A stretch of 63,989 nucleotides of DNA, filler included, from Folioceros fuciformis (Eukaryota), in assembly GCA_049999805.1 (NCBI GenBank). It is 13 parts of 13 records of this genome, joined end to end, with 100 filler letters (N's around TTAATTAATTAA, not from the genome) between each part and the next. Parts side by side here need not be neighbours in the genome. Positions count along the whole stretch, not along the records: positions 12,370 to 14,517 come from JBNGIO010003061.1; positions 14,618 to 17,202 come from JBNGIO010003063.1; positions 17,303 to 18,833 come from JBNGIO010003064.1; positions 18,934 to 35,345 come from JBNGIO010003065.1; 9 more parts are not named here. The stretch is one strand, 5' to 3'. Below are positions 13,461 through 25,981 of the stretch, piece by piece (position 1 is the first letter of the stretch; each line of letters begins with the position of its first letter). The position numbers and the translations under genes are program-made. Below the pieces are notes generated by a model, which did not search any database, had not been told where the DNA came from, and worked only from the letters and a program-made list of their open reading frames with translations.

Positions 13461-14617
13461 AACCAAGAACCCTAACTCTAACCTACCCCTGCTTCTAATT
13501 GCCCCTTGACATCGTTAGCTGCCCTTTGCCCCAAACTCATCAACCCTCACAACTACCACAAATCCGGAGTGCTTCTCAACACCCTCCTCGCCTCTCTCGG
13601 GTCAGATCATCTCTTCCCCTCAGATCGTCCTGCACCCTTCAGAGACCTCCATCTTCAAGTCCCTTCCCCACTCTGCTGGCCATGTCCCGGCAAAGTTACC
13701 CACCTAGTGCCCTTGAATGAGCACTTCGTAAGCTTGGCACTGGAAGTGACAACCCACCATTCTTGCCAACATAACCATCACTGGGCTTCCCACCCACTAG
13801 CAACAAGTCTGTGCTAGACCTTCCACCTGCAAGCGACCTGTTAGCGGAGGGAAAGCCGAATGCCACTTATGTCATATATCTGGATGGGGTGGTATCCCTT
13901 AGTTTCGTCCGCATGCATTCTCCTGGCAGCTCTCGCCCCCGACCCTTGTCCAAGCCATTGTACCCTCCTTGCTCAACGCCAGACTCGAGCCGAGACCCAA
14001 CTTTGCTATGCTCTTGATCCCATGAGCGATTATTGGTGCATTTCCTGGATGTTCCAATGACATCTCCGAGCCTTTGCAGATCGCCACTAAAAAGGCTCAG
14101 CATTGATGTCAGAACACATACACATGCCTGCAGGGACAGCCTCCCCATCCCTATTCTTTCCAATTATGGGCCCCCAAAAACCAACTATACCAATATCATC
14201 ACTGCAAGGAACCACCCTCATGGAGTAACCCGGTTCTTGCACCGTGTCCCCTGTTGGCCCAGTCCTGCAGGTTGGGTTTCTCCCACCAACACAACCAAGC
14301 GGCTCCCACACGTCCCTCAGCACCTATGATCGCCTGAACAAAGGGCTGGCCACAACCAACCCACTCAAGGGAAATACGCACCGACATCCAAAACCCTGTG
14401 GTTCCTCTCGCTATATGATTCCACAGGTAGAGCAACATGGAAATCTCTAGCCCCAGCCCCCTCGAGGCAGCTGCCTGCAACCTGCCTGTCCCTATCAACA
14501 TGAGAGTTGTCTTTTGCNNNNNNNNNNNNNNNNNNNNNNNNNNNNNNNNNNNNNNNNNNNNTTAATTAATTAANNNNNNNNNNNNNNNNNNNNNNNNNNN
14601 NNNNNNNNNNNNNNNNN

Positions 14618-16888
14618 GAGGGCTGAAGTGCAGGCGCTGAAGGAACAACAGGGGGCCCTGCTAGCTCAGGTGAGGGAGGCTCACGAGGCTAACCTGGAGT
14701 TGCAACAGGAAATGGCTAAGGCACAGGAGAGGGAGATAGCCGCTGTGGAGCAGGCCCAGAAGTTAGCTGACAGATACAAGCGAGAGTGGGATGAGGCCAG
14801 AGAGAGAGTGAAGGGGAAGAGCAAGGTTGGGCGCCCGAGTCAGTCGACGACCCCGCTAGCAGAAGGGGCTACCGGTAGCCGAACTAGGGGAACGGTAGTC
14901 GAAGAGGCTACCGGTAGCCCGATAGTCCACAGGACTACCGATAGTCGGGTAGCCGACGGGGCTACCGGTGGCCCAGCGAGACCCAGGATAGCTGAGGAAC
15001 CAACCCTGGAGAAGAAGGAGGCAGCAGTAGGGGCGCCTGCCCCTAGGCGCTCTTGGAGGGTGACCCGTACCAGGAGAATAGAGCCGGAGGAGGCAACAGC
15101 TGGGCAGGCAGAGAACCTTCAGGTACCCCAGCAGGAGGGGGAGTAGGCAACTCGAGGTAGCCCAAGGGAGGACGGGGTAAGCATCTCTGTTATGACAGAA
15201 GGTCGGATTGTGCTGCAGTATGAGGAGGAGGCCTCCTATGTGCCAGGCCTGTATGTAGAAGGGGCCAGAGTTCTGAAGCTGTTTCTGTATGTACGTATGG
15301 GCACAGGAGGGACGCGGGGCTACGTCCTACAACTGAGGACGTGCCTGGGACTCTACCACTACAGATGGTGGGTGACAGGGCTGCCCCACTACTATGCGGA
15401 GGCAGTTCTGGAGGAACTGACGGAAGAGGAGGACCACCGCGGGGTAGAACGGGAGCCTGTGGCTGTCCTTAGCAACCAGAGAAGGAGGAGGGGTGGTGGA
15501 CCACAGTGGCGGGACCCACCTGCGCCGCCAGCCAGGCCCAGCAGTAGCAGCAGTGATGTGGAGATCCTCTTGGAGGATCTGCCGGACCAACGGAGAGGCA
15601 GAAGAGCGAGAGGAGGAGTAGCGAGGGGTGATGTGCGATGGCCAGGAGGAAGCCGCCAGCGGCGTGGGACAGGGCGATAGTAAATGCAGGCTAGATTAGT
15701 TTTTTTTAGTGTGCTTTATTTGGACCCAAGTCGCTCAGAATTTAAGAGCGCACCTCCCCTGCCTAACAGACTTTATGGCGGGAAAACAGCCATCACCGTG
15801 TACAAGAGGCCGGTTTGAAGGCCTAAGAAAGGAGCAAGAACCAGCTGGACAGTCGACCCTGTAGGGACCTAGCGATGGTCGTTGCTGGACGGGAGGTCCA
15901 GGCAAGCGAGCGCATGTAGCAACCTGGGGTGCGGGTGTAGGTGGTGGGCGCTCCGTGATTAGGTCCGGGGACGAATTGGGAGGAGGCGCCTCGCCGAGTG
16001 GGAGAGAAGCTCCCCAGCTATCCTCGAAGTGGTCACATGGTTGGTGTGGGTGACGGAGCCGAATCCACGAGTTCGGAGTGGAAGGGATTCCTCTTCCCTT
16101 AGCTTCGGTACCTCACCATTCCTGAACGTTCATAGGAGCCCAGGAGGGGCATTGCTGAGAAGAAGACGAAAGAACCGGAGAAACAGGAAGCACGAGGGTG
16201 CGCGTGTGTGAGAAAGGGGAGAAGCGAGTGACCGAGTAATGACTAAGGGCGAATGTGAAGGGACGCCAGAAGGAGTGGAAGCCGGAAGTGAAGCGAAGTG
16301 TGACTGTTCGCGGTGAGCCTGGAGAGGTCGTGAAGAAGTTGAATTGAGACCGCAGAAGGTGTATCTAAGGTGTGAGATCCCTCGGGTGGAAGGCGACCGG
16401 CAGATTGTTGCTGTTCATGTGTGCGTACGTTTGATCATGAGGAGTGAGGGGCGGCTTTGTGGAGAACCAAGGAAGGGAATGCGCGGAAAAAAAACGGTCG
16501 GAAAGGGACGACTCGGAGAGAGAAAATTCTAGAGAGAGAGAGAGAGAGAGAACCCACGAGTGGTAGCCCGAAAGACAACGGTAGTAGCCCACTAGGGAAC
16601 GGAGAGTAGCCCAGTGGGCAACCACGAGTAGTCCAGGGGGAGGTAGTCCCTGGAGCGACCGAGTGGTAGGGGAGTCGCCTGGAGGAAGAAGTAAGAGGGC
16701 TTGGTAAGGTCCGAGCATTGGACGCGTGTGTGTGGGTCAGTCGAGTTTTAGGTGTTGGCTGACTTTAGAAGCTAACCTGTGTAGTTTAACACAAATCATT
16801 CCCTTGGGATCGAATCCCAGAGCTACAACGACATAGAGGGCTTGTGTGGACCTTGCGGTACCCCTGGGTACCATATTTTAACCCCACA
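14618..16888 (+). mobile_element. Probable Ty3/Gypsy-type element 3' region: accessory ORFs and candidate LTR
   Basis: ORFs 14628-15146 (coiled-coil, low complexity) and 15192-15680 are homologous to 38190-39255. Candidate LTR TGTAGGG..CCCCACA at about 15860-16888 contains a GA repeat. No gag/pol is visible, so the superfamily is inferred. Confidence 0.55.
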
Positions 16889-17302
16889 CTCCCGGTAGCA
16901 ACTCTGGGCGTAACCTCATCCTGCCTGATTCTTCCTCGTACTCCGAACCTTGTTGCCCTCCTGCGCCTACGGTCATCGGTGGTCTCTGCCCGCTCTGCTA
17001 TACTGCCTTAGCTTCCGCTCTCCTCCGGCCGTCGTTGCGCTTCGCGGCTACTCCCGCTCTTGCTCCATCCCGCGAAAGTTTCTGCCTCGATTACTTCTCA
17101 GGTCCTCCCCTGATTCACCCTAGGGTTTTATGCTGCTGTTCCCACTCCACTACTACCGGTTGGGCTACTGTCGGTTTCCCTTCCACGACGGTCGTCCAAC
17201 CGNNNNNNNNNNNNNNNNNNNNNNNNNNNNNNNNNNNNNNNNNNNNTTAATTAATTAANNNNNNNNNNNNNNNNNNNNNNNNNNNNNNNNNNNNNNNNNN
17301 NN

Positions 17303-18354
17303 AAGGAAGGAGAGAAGATAGCAACTCACACAAGCAAGTTTCGGCAATTGAGAGCCCAGATCACGTCGTTGACTGGCAACAAGATGCCTGAAGTCGAGGC
17401 TATGTCCCAGGTGCTCATCAGCCTCCCTCCTTCATACCAGAATTTCATCACCAACCAAAATGCCTCCATCAAACCTAGTGCAGCTGCTGCCAACGCCCCC
17501 ACTGTTGAGGAAGTGAATGGAGCACTCTACCAGGAAGAGCAAGCAAGGCTGCTTCATGGCTCTGCTGTTTCTAAAGCAGCACAACCCGAGAAGGCCTTGG
17601 CTGTGAATTTTAGACCTCCTAAAGGCAAGTCTAAATTCCGAGGGGGAAACCAAGGTGGAAGCTCTTCTGGTCGAACTAAATATGCCAGCCCTTCCACCAA
17701 ACGTTCCGGCACCTGCAATTGGTGTGGAACTCCTAGCCACTGGGCACGAGAGTGCCGCAAACGCAAGGCGGGTGAGCCACAGAAGCAACCACGTGCCAAC
17801 GTTGCTGTAAAAGAGAAGCAGAATGTCGACAAGGCACCTGTAAAAATCCTTACCGTTTGCTTGTCAAGTTCTCTTCACAATAATAGCTGCTGGTATCTTC
17901 ACTCTGGAGCTACAACACACATCTGTAAGGATAGGGAGTTGTTCTCCACCCTAGACCTTGTGCATGTCCATGACAAGGTGCTGCTAGGTGATGAGCAAAG
18001 TAAGTCCAGCTTGCACATAGAAGGCAAAGGCACTTGTGTCTTCGGACTGCATGACAACACAGATCTTACGTTAGAAGATGTGTTGTGTGTACCCATCATG
18101 GCCAAGAACCTCATGTTCATGAGTAGCCTAGGCTGATGCAATTACGTACCTTTTGTATGCTTGCTGACTTCAACCACTATTCGTTCTACAAGAAGGCATA
18201 CCCTGAAAAATGTGTCTTCAAAGGCATACTAGATCATGGCCTTTACAGATTGAATATAGTGTGTCGCCAGCCACTTACTCCCAAGCATGCTGCACACTCC
18301 ACTGCCACACAAACACTTAGTGCTAAGCAGGAGGCAGTCCTATGGTGTGCTAGG
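17303..18354 (+). mobile_element. Ty1/Copia fragment (family E): gag C-terminus, protease, truncated GAG-pre-integrase
   Basis: CNWCGTPSHWAREC knuckle, WYLHSGATTH protease; reading ends at LWCAR where another element's LTR begins. Confidence 0.9.
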
Positions 18355-18833
18355 TGTTGAAAGATCGCTCCAGGAGCTACATGGTGAAGGAGGAGAGGAG
18401 GAGGCAAGGAGGAGAGGAGAAAAGAGAGGTCACACTCTCACAATAGAGTCTCTCACTAGCAAGGGAGCTCAAAGGGGTATTTATACCTTCTAGAAGAGCT
18501 CCCTAGGAAGCTTCACAAGAAGCTTGACGCAAATCTCGTAGTCGACTACGAGATTTGCTACAGGAAGAACTTCGCTCCTTGTACTTCCCCTTTGAAGTGG
18601 ACCTTCCTCTCGCCATGAGGGCATTGGAACCTTTCGAAGGTTCCATATTCTTCTTGTTTACCTCCTCTGTTAACAGGCTACCTTCTACATTTACAACTGT
18701 AAGACCACTGGCAGGAGCAAAATTACTCAGAGCTGTACGAAAGGTGTCCCAGCTCTCTGGTAATGTGACCAATAGAAACATAGCTCTCACGGAATCTGGG
18801 AACGAGATACCTTGAGATGAGAGCTGGCTGAAA
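18355..18833 (-). mobile_element. Internally deleted Copia family A derivative: partial LTR fused to gag
   Basis: 18530-18833 matches family A gag (RAMFLLVTLPESWDTFRTALSN..). 18355 to about 18520 has a minus-strand TATAAATA box and a terminal CAACA. Confidence 0.75.
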
Positions 18834-21673
18834 NNNNNNNNNNNNNNNNNNNNNNNNNNNNNNNNNNNNNNNNNNNNTTAATTAATTAANNNNNNNNNNN
18901 NNNNNNNNNNNNNNNNNNNNNNNNNNNNNNNNNGGTTATAAGTCATACTGCTTTGGGTACTATTCCAACTCAGAGGCACACAAGAGAAAATTCTCAGCCA
19001 GCAAGATGGGTCAGCGTTTCTTCCAAGAAATCCTTGGTATTAATGGTACTGTTGTTGCTATCAGCAGATTAGAGTGATCCTGTTAATGTGTCCTACCAGG
19101 CCAAGTCATTCGTAGGATTCATGATGAGAGCAGTTTTACCAGGGGAGATTTTGATAATAAAGTTCGATCCACGTGGGCTTTAATTGAAGACCATCTTCAG
19201 AGGGAACATGGAGCGCATTGTACTGACATAAGGTAATTCCGTTCGAAAGTGATAACACAGCCATCTACGTCTGTGCTACGTGGTGCTAACGACTTGTTCA
19301 ACTGGTTTCAGGGTTCTCATTGATAAGTATGAAAATGCTTCTGAGCTGAGTGCCACTGCGGATGGTCGGCTTCTACTGGAACTCGCAAAGGTACTTCACA
19401 CCATTTATCTTAATTTTCTTCTATCAAAGGCAAGACGGGTGCAGAGGTGCTGTGTTGTGAGAACAGCACCATGTAATCAACGTTTGTCCATACTGCAGGA
19501 AGACGGAAATCTTGCTAGTCATCCATTTGCTAAACTTGCCATAGAGAACTCTAGAAAAGTGGGCCACAACGACATAATGGAGCGGATCAGTCGTCAGCTT
19601 GACCGTGTTAATGCTGGCTTGAAGAGTCTACAGCAAAATGCAGTTGATCATCCTTGAATGTAACCCCAACCATGTTGATCGACCATGGTTTAAGAGAGCT
19701 GGATTCTACGTCCGTTTTTAGTGTGGGAGAGAGAAATTTTATAGAAATATTTTTAAAAATATAACAATCTAGCTATTAAGCCTAAAAGAGCACCCAAGTG
19801 ACTCTTCTGGCCTCTCCAAGTTTGCACATTGTTCTAGAAGGTCATTTGAAAATAAATGTGAAGGAGGCCTATTCTATTTGGACTCCTCTTACACTTCTAA
19901 CCTCTTATTTGAATCACTTGATGGTCCAGACTTACATCAAGCTACGTCATAGCTGCCATGCTCCTTGACCTGCCATGTGAGAATAACATGCCACTTGGGA
20001 GTTCATTAAGATGACATGCCACTTGAGAGTTCAATAAGGATGACATACCATTTGAGTGTTCTCCGTTACAACAACTCGACCCAAATCTATAAACACAACC
20101 CATTACAATCATGGATCACAATCATCTTGTTCAAAGATATATCACTATGAAAAACGTTGCATGTATGAATCTGCACAAGACATTCTAAAGCTTTTCTCTT
20201 CAATCTTTTGGAAAGATTCTCATAACTTGCAAATGTCTTACCGTCATAATATAGTGCAATGAAGGAAAAATAGCCAATAAGCAATCAATGAGATACCTTA
20301 AATCATAGAAGCTATGTACATATCCCTACACAGATTTAGGTGTCTCGTAAGCCTTAAGCTCAAGAGTGAAAGCATAGGCTGCTCTTGCCTTTCGTACTTG
20401 ATAAGTTTTCACAACTAGAACAATCCCTAAACCATACTTTCTAGGATGTTGTAGTAGGATCCCTAATCTAGATATGTTATAAGTCCTTAACTGGTCCATA
20501 GGACTTTTAGAGTCAAACATTTTCCATTTCCACATCGATATACACATAGATGAATATGTTCCATTTCTTGGATGATGATGGTTTGAACATGAGAGCCCAA
20601 GGTGGAGCTACTCATTGGCCACCTCGAGAAGTTTTAGTCTCAGAAGGTTCAACAAGCACTAGGACATAACATGAAGCAGGAGTTGTAGGTATTGAACTTC
20701 TAGGACTGGAATTTTACTCAATATTCCTCCTCTACTTGACTTCACTTCGCTTCCATTGTTCTAATTGTACTACTCCTTGTTCATGATCAATATGTACTTA
20801 TTGGCCTTAGGATTGCCTTACCCTCCTCACTCCATGAGGAATGCTGTCAATGCCATTATGCTCTGCTGGATTGCTGCAAAAAAATAACAATAACACAAGT
20901 GAGAATGCATCGTCCTCAATTCCTCTTTGCTCCACCTTCCATTCCTCAACACCATGACAAGTTCTTGAAAGGAGGTAGGAGTTAAGACATTTGCATGATG
21001 CATGATTGTGTGTTAGACTGGACTAACCAACATTTGCAAGTGTAAGTCTTCTTGATAACTTCACATGAGGGATTGGCTAAGGATATCAACTCCAAACTTT
21101 TCCAATCAATCATCTGCAAGCATTACATTAGCTACTCCAAGGATAAATGAGTTCCTACCACCTTGCAACAAACTCCAAACAGATTGGCTAAGGATATTTA
21201 CTCCAAAAATTTTCAATGAATCATATGCAAAGACTACATTAGTTACTCCAAGGATAAATCAATTCTCACCACCTTGCAGCAAACTCCAAAACAATCTCAT
21301 ATCTAATATATCAAAGAAGAATTTACTTATTTTAGAAGAACAAGATGGAAAAAAATATCAAATGAACTTATTGGTTTGACAATTAATCGAGATGTATGTT
21401 CGACTATCAAACCTAAATGAAAATTTTACTTAACAAATATTGCTATTTCTCAGTTGGAGAAAAATAGGTGCGTCTCCAAACATCCCGATACATCCTGATC
21501 AACCTATTTTGGCAGCCATAGAATTGCTTTCAAATCAATGAGTGTAAATTAAGGCATAAAACACAAAACCCTAAACCCTATTCCCTATTAGGACAAATTA
21601 CAAATCATTTCACCATAAATAAGCTAGCTCTCTAGTGGAAAAACAGCCTTAAGAGAGAAAATCTTAGCACAAT

Positions 21674-21721
21674 AAACCCTAAACCCTAAAACCTAAACCC
21701 TAAACCCTAAACCCTAAACCC
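21674..21721. repeat. Interstitial plant telomere-like repeat (CCCTAAA)n, about 7 units
   Basis: AAACCCTAAACCCTAAAACCTAAACCCTAAACCCTAAACCCTAAACCC read directly; two more units at about 21566-21580. Confidence 0.85.
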
Positions 21722-22854
21722 ACACAATCAGCAAGTTTACAAACCATATCAAATCCCTCCTGGATTTGATATGGTTTGATTTGGCTCCTGGATTTGATAT
21801 TCTTTACCTTATTAGCAATCGAATGTGAGCGATTGAATTCTTGGTGAATGTTTTAACAAAAACATGAAATAAAATAGCTGATTTTCTCATATTGTTGTGT
21901 TGATAGATGAACATTCTTGTGATGTTGATAGACGACGGACGATGTCCCTTTAGGTTATTAAGAAGACGTCGGTTATCCTTCAATTTGATAGCGTCCATCA
22001 TGGACGCTATCATATCGAATGATAATCGAATGTATGTATTTGAGTTCTCGAATGCAATATGTTTCCGTGTGAATGTATCTACCCTAGGTTCAACTGATCA
22101 ATTCCTTGTTCAATATGTACTATTGATTGACCTTAGATACCCGGGGCAAGGATTGATTGGCCTTAGGTACCCATGGCCTTGCCCCCTCACAACCCCATGA
22201 GGAATGTTGTCAAATGCTGCCCTTCAAGACCATAACAAGACTTGAATGGAGATAGGAGTCAAGGCACACATCTACATATGTGTTGGACTAGGTTCTTATC
22301 GCACGAACAGGTATATGTATGTGAAGGATTGGCTGAGGACATTAGATCAAAATTCTCCAATCAATCATACGCAAAGACTGCTAAATAAGTTCTTACCATC
22401 TTCCAGCGGACTCGAATTTTCGCCTTTAACATTACAAATGGATTTGTCGGTTTGACAATTAATCGAGAGGTCTGTTTGACCTTGAAACCTAAGCGAAAAT
22501 TTTATTTCACAGATATTACTATTTCTCAGTTAGCGAAAAACGGGTTCAGTCTCCGAACATCCCGACGCATCCGGATCAGCCTATTTTGGCAGCCACGCAA
22601 TCACATTCGGCCACCGACCCTAATCCCACTGGACCTCGAATGTTTGGGCCTCCTTTTAGGCACACGACGACAACGGAGTTGACAACTATGTATCCCTCAA
22701 CAGTCATCGCAGGAAGATACATGAACAGATGATTACACAGAGGAAAAATCACAACACTAACCAAGTTTGATATGCCTACGTTCCTACATTGCGCGGACTG
22801 CGAGGTTATGTACTGTCAGCAAGTTGAGCTGCTGTTGCTTACCAATTCCGGGCC

Positions 22855-24806
22855 CTAATCGATCACCGCTGGGGGTACGTCAGCAAGATCAATATCCAAG
22901 TCGTCCAATCCTAAGCTGTCAGCCCCTGATCCCCTCAGCGCGAAAGCACCCTGCAAACACATTTTCGAGTAAGAATCCAACCCCGAACAGCCAATCCTGT
23001 TTAACGTCCAAGAACATCACCTACCTCCTGCTGCAGCCGAACTTCCTCAGCTCGCGCTGCCTCTTCTGCAAGAGCTACCCTTTGCCTAAAGGATCTGGCC
23101 ATTTCATCCGCCTACGCATCCCAAGTACCCAGAGTAAGTGTCAGTCTGAAATCGGAGGCGCAAGACCAGCCCCGTCATTCACGACAAGCGAGGCAAAGCC
23201 ACCCATACCTTCTCATAAACGAGTCCTGGATTTCGGAGCATGTCACCAGGAGTTGGCTCCAACTTCTTAGTGGACAGACTAATCCTGCCTCTTTCCCTGT
23301 CCTGGCTGAGAATCATAACCTGCAGACACTAGCTCTTAGTACACTGCCCAAAGGTACACTCAAGAAGGGAGACAAGACAAAGCGAAAAGGCGAGCAAGCT
23401 AGAATCGAAGGGACTGTACCTTCAGCTTGTCCCCAGGTTGGAGGACAGTCTCCACGGTAGTGATCCGGTCGTGGCTGATCTGGCTGATGTGCAACAGGCC
23501 ACTTACACCTCCAATGTCGATGAAAGCACCATACGGTTTCACCGACTGCACAGTTCCCACAACTATCGATCCCACTCCGTATGTGTTCTGGCTTTCAGCA
23601 GCAGCCTTGCGGTTGCTGAGAACCAGTCGTGTCCGCTCTTCATCCACCTCAAGAACCTTGAGTGGAATTTCCTTATCAATCAAGTCTTCTTGATTTGTCC
23701 TCTGCATAGGGATACACGACGCGTCTGGTCAGCCCATCAAAACCCGCACCTAAGACGCAGGGCCAGTGCAGGATCACCGCGGAACACCATTCAGAGCCCG
23801 GAAAATAAAACTCACCGCAGAAACCTGAGAAAATGGCACGAATCCACGTAGCCCCTCCACTTGCACAACGATGCCTCCACGATTAGCAGCCAGCACCTGT
23901 GCAAGTATCCGTGGACGCACCAAGTCAAGGCGAGGTCCCTTCAGACAGACCCCCTTCTCAATGGAGGTAACTTCGTCCAGCCCTTACCTTCCCTCTGATA
24001 GTGATGTCGTCAGCTTCAACCTGTCTGCACCGCTCCCACGACAAATCATACTGAAACTTTTTCAAACTGAGTATCAACCTTCCATTATCATCGTCATCAC
24101 GAATAATGACAAACTCCTCCTCCATACCCGGAGTCAGCCCTATCTCCTCCACCTTCTTCAACTTGAAGACGCAGGCCTCTTGCAGGGGCAAATAGGCCGG
24201 TGCTTTAGCACCGATGTCAATCAGCGCCCCACCATAGTCCGTCTTAAACACAACTCCCTTCACCTGCAATCCAACACAACCTTTACAAACTAGGAATGGT
24301 GGCGGACAATCCATCGTCCAACGCGCTCTCCCACCCTTCCATTTAGGGTTAGGGCAGCAAATGCAGCAAGGACGCATTCCATTCCACCACAAAGCTCCAA
24401 CATGCATGCATTCATCTTCATGGCCCGCCGAAAAGCGTACCGTGTCACCAACTTCGAAGCTGAAATCATACTTGGACAAGGCATCAGAAAACTCATCGTA
24501 GGTGAATGGCACTCCCTCCAAGGGGCTTTGAAGAGCCCGCATCCAACGCTCCTCCACTTCCTGCATAAGGCTAGCGTCCTTAGGCTTGGCGCGCTCCAGG
24601 GAAGCCACGCAGTGCACTCGGGACGGAGCCCTGGCAGCAGCAGCTGCCTTCCCGACGAACTTCTTGCCGAGGAATCTGCTGTTGCACAGACCCATGGCCG
24701 CCTTACCAGTACCAAGGAACGGGGATGGCGAGTGCGAATGCGCCGCAGGCTCCCGGAACACCCCGACCGAGGCTGCGGCCACGGACTGCGTGGCGACCGC
24801 TGCCAT
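22855..24806 (-). CDS. PRPS1: 30S ribosomal protein S1, chloroplastic (7 exons)
   Basis: Exons 24806-24441, 24263-23988, 23896-23816, 23701-23420, 23319-23209, 23111-23025, 22950-22855, all with GT-AG introns. Ala-rich transit peptide; S1 domains ([43 protein letters not shown]); [13 protein letters not shown] motif. Confidence 0.96.
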
Positions 24807-25981
24807 GGCTGTAGTTGCAGCTGAGACGGCGGAGTGTTGACGTGCTTGGACAGGGGCCTGATGTCTCTTCACAGTCCTGGAGCCTGTCGAGCTGCGGACT
24901 AGACTAGACTAGGCTACACTAGCCTAGAGAACCATCCTGATCAACAAGCTCATTCAGGCGTCGTGCGATCGACCATTCAAGCACACTCTCCGCGGAGTCC
25001 AGCATCCAGGTGGGCGTCAAGCCACAGTATCCTGTGGTGTCGTTCGGTTGCTCAGCTGCGTGGTGGCATTATCCACATTTTTGCCGGCGTGGTTCGAACC
25101 CGCCTCCCACCCGGGTTCCATCCCCGCACCGCATTTTCTTTTGTTTTCCTTTTACAGGGGATAGAAATGTCTGAAAATATGAAGACTAACCAGAGACGGT
25201 GGTCCTTCCAACTAATGCTTATTATGTTATGCGAGTGATCACAAGTGATGACTGATGGAATCTTGTTTTCTTTGAAAACGTTCTTCAAGTTCGTGATAGA
25301 TTCTCTATCCATGGATGGCAAGGCTGTATTCGCTCCTTTCGCTTTGCTTTCCCAAGTTGGCTTCCATAGATTTTAAAACATCCATGCAGAAGAAGTTCAG
25401 TTTCCTGGCTTTCCGACCAAACAAGGTGCTCAGTTCGAAGGAAAAAGGTTTGGGGAAGGTGCCTTTGGTTGTCACAAAAACGCACCTCCGAGGATCTGAT
25501 TATTTGTCTGCTAGAGCCTTCAACACATGTACCGGGTTGTGCAATACAGATTCTGTTTGGAATGGTGCAGTGCGGCAGGCCATAGAAGATCCAACCACTA
25601 CTGCATGAGCTGTTCTCTTCGTGTCCACCAAACAGCATTGGTGAGCGATGGTGCCTAACCCCGTAGTACAGCTTGCTGGTACCAGCCCGAGCTTTTCAAT
25701 TACATGGTTTTGCTGTGCTAAAGTACAATGCCCCTTTTCCTCGGCTCAAGGGACAGTCCTTCACTGCTCCGAAGGACAAGGGACAGGAAGAGAACTTCTC
25801 CAGACAGGTGACAGGGTGAGCTTCCTGTCTGCATGGAATACAAGCCATATCCTTGCCAACGCTTCACTTTCCAGGACTCGGTTCATCGAGCAGATGAACG
25901 CTCCAGGTGTTCATAAGGTACCCGGTTTTGTTACACATCTCAGCAAGAGCGAAGGAAAGGAAAGGCTTTCCCTCATCACGT

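Noticed and set aside
18934-20700. Possible gene or transposase remnants
   Set aside because: No frame gave a motif I could assign.
25285-25640. Small ORFs between UGP3 and PRPS1
   Set aside because: No recognisable homology on either strand.
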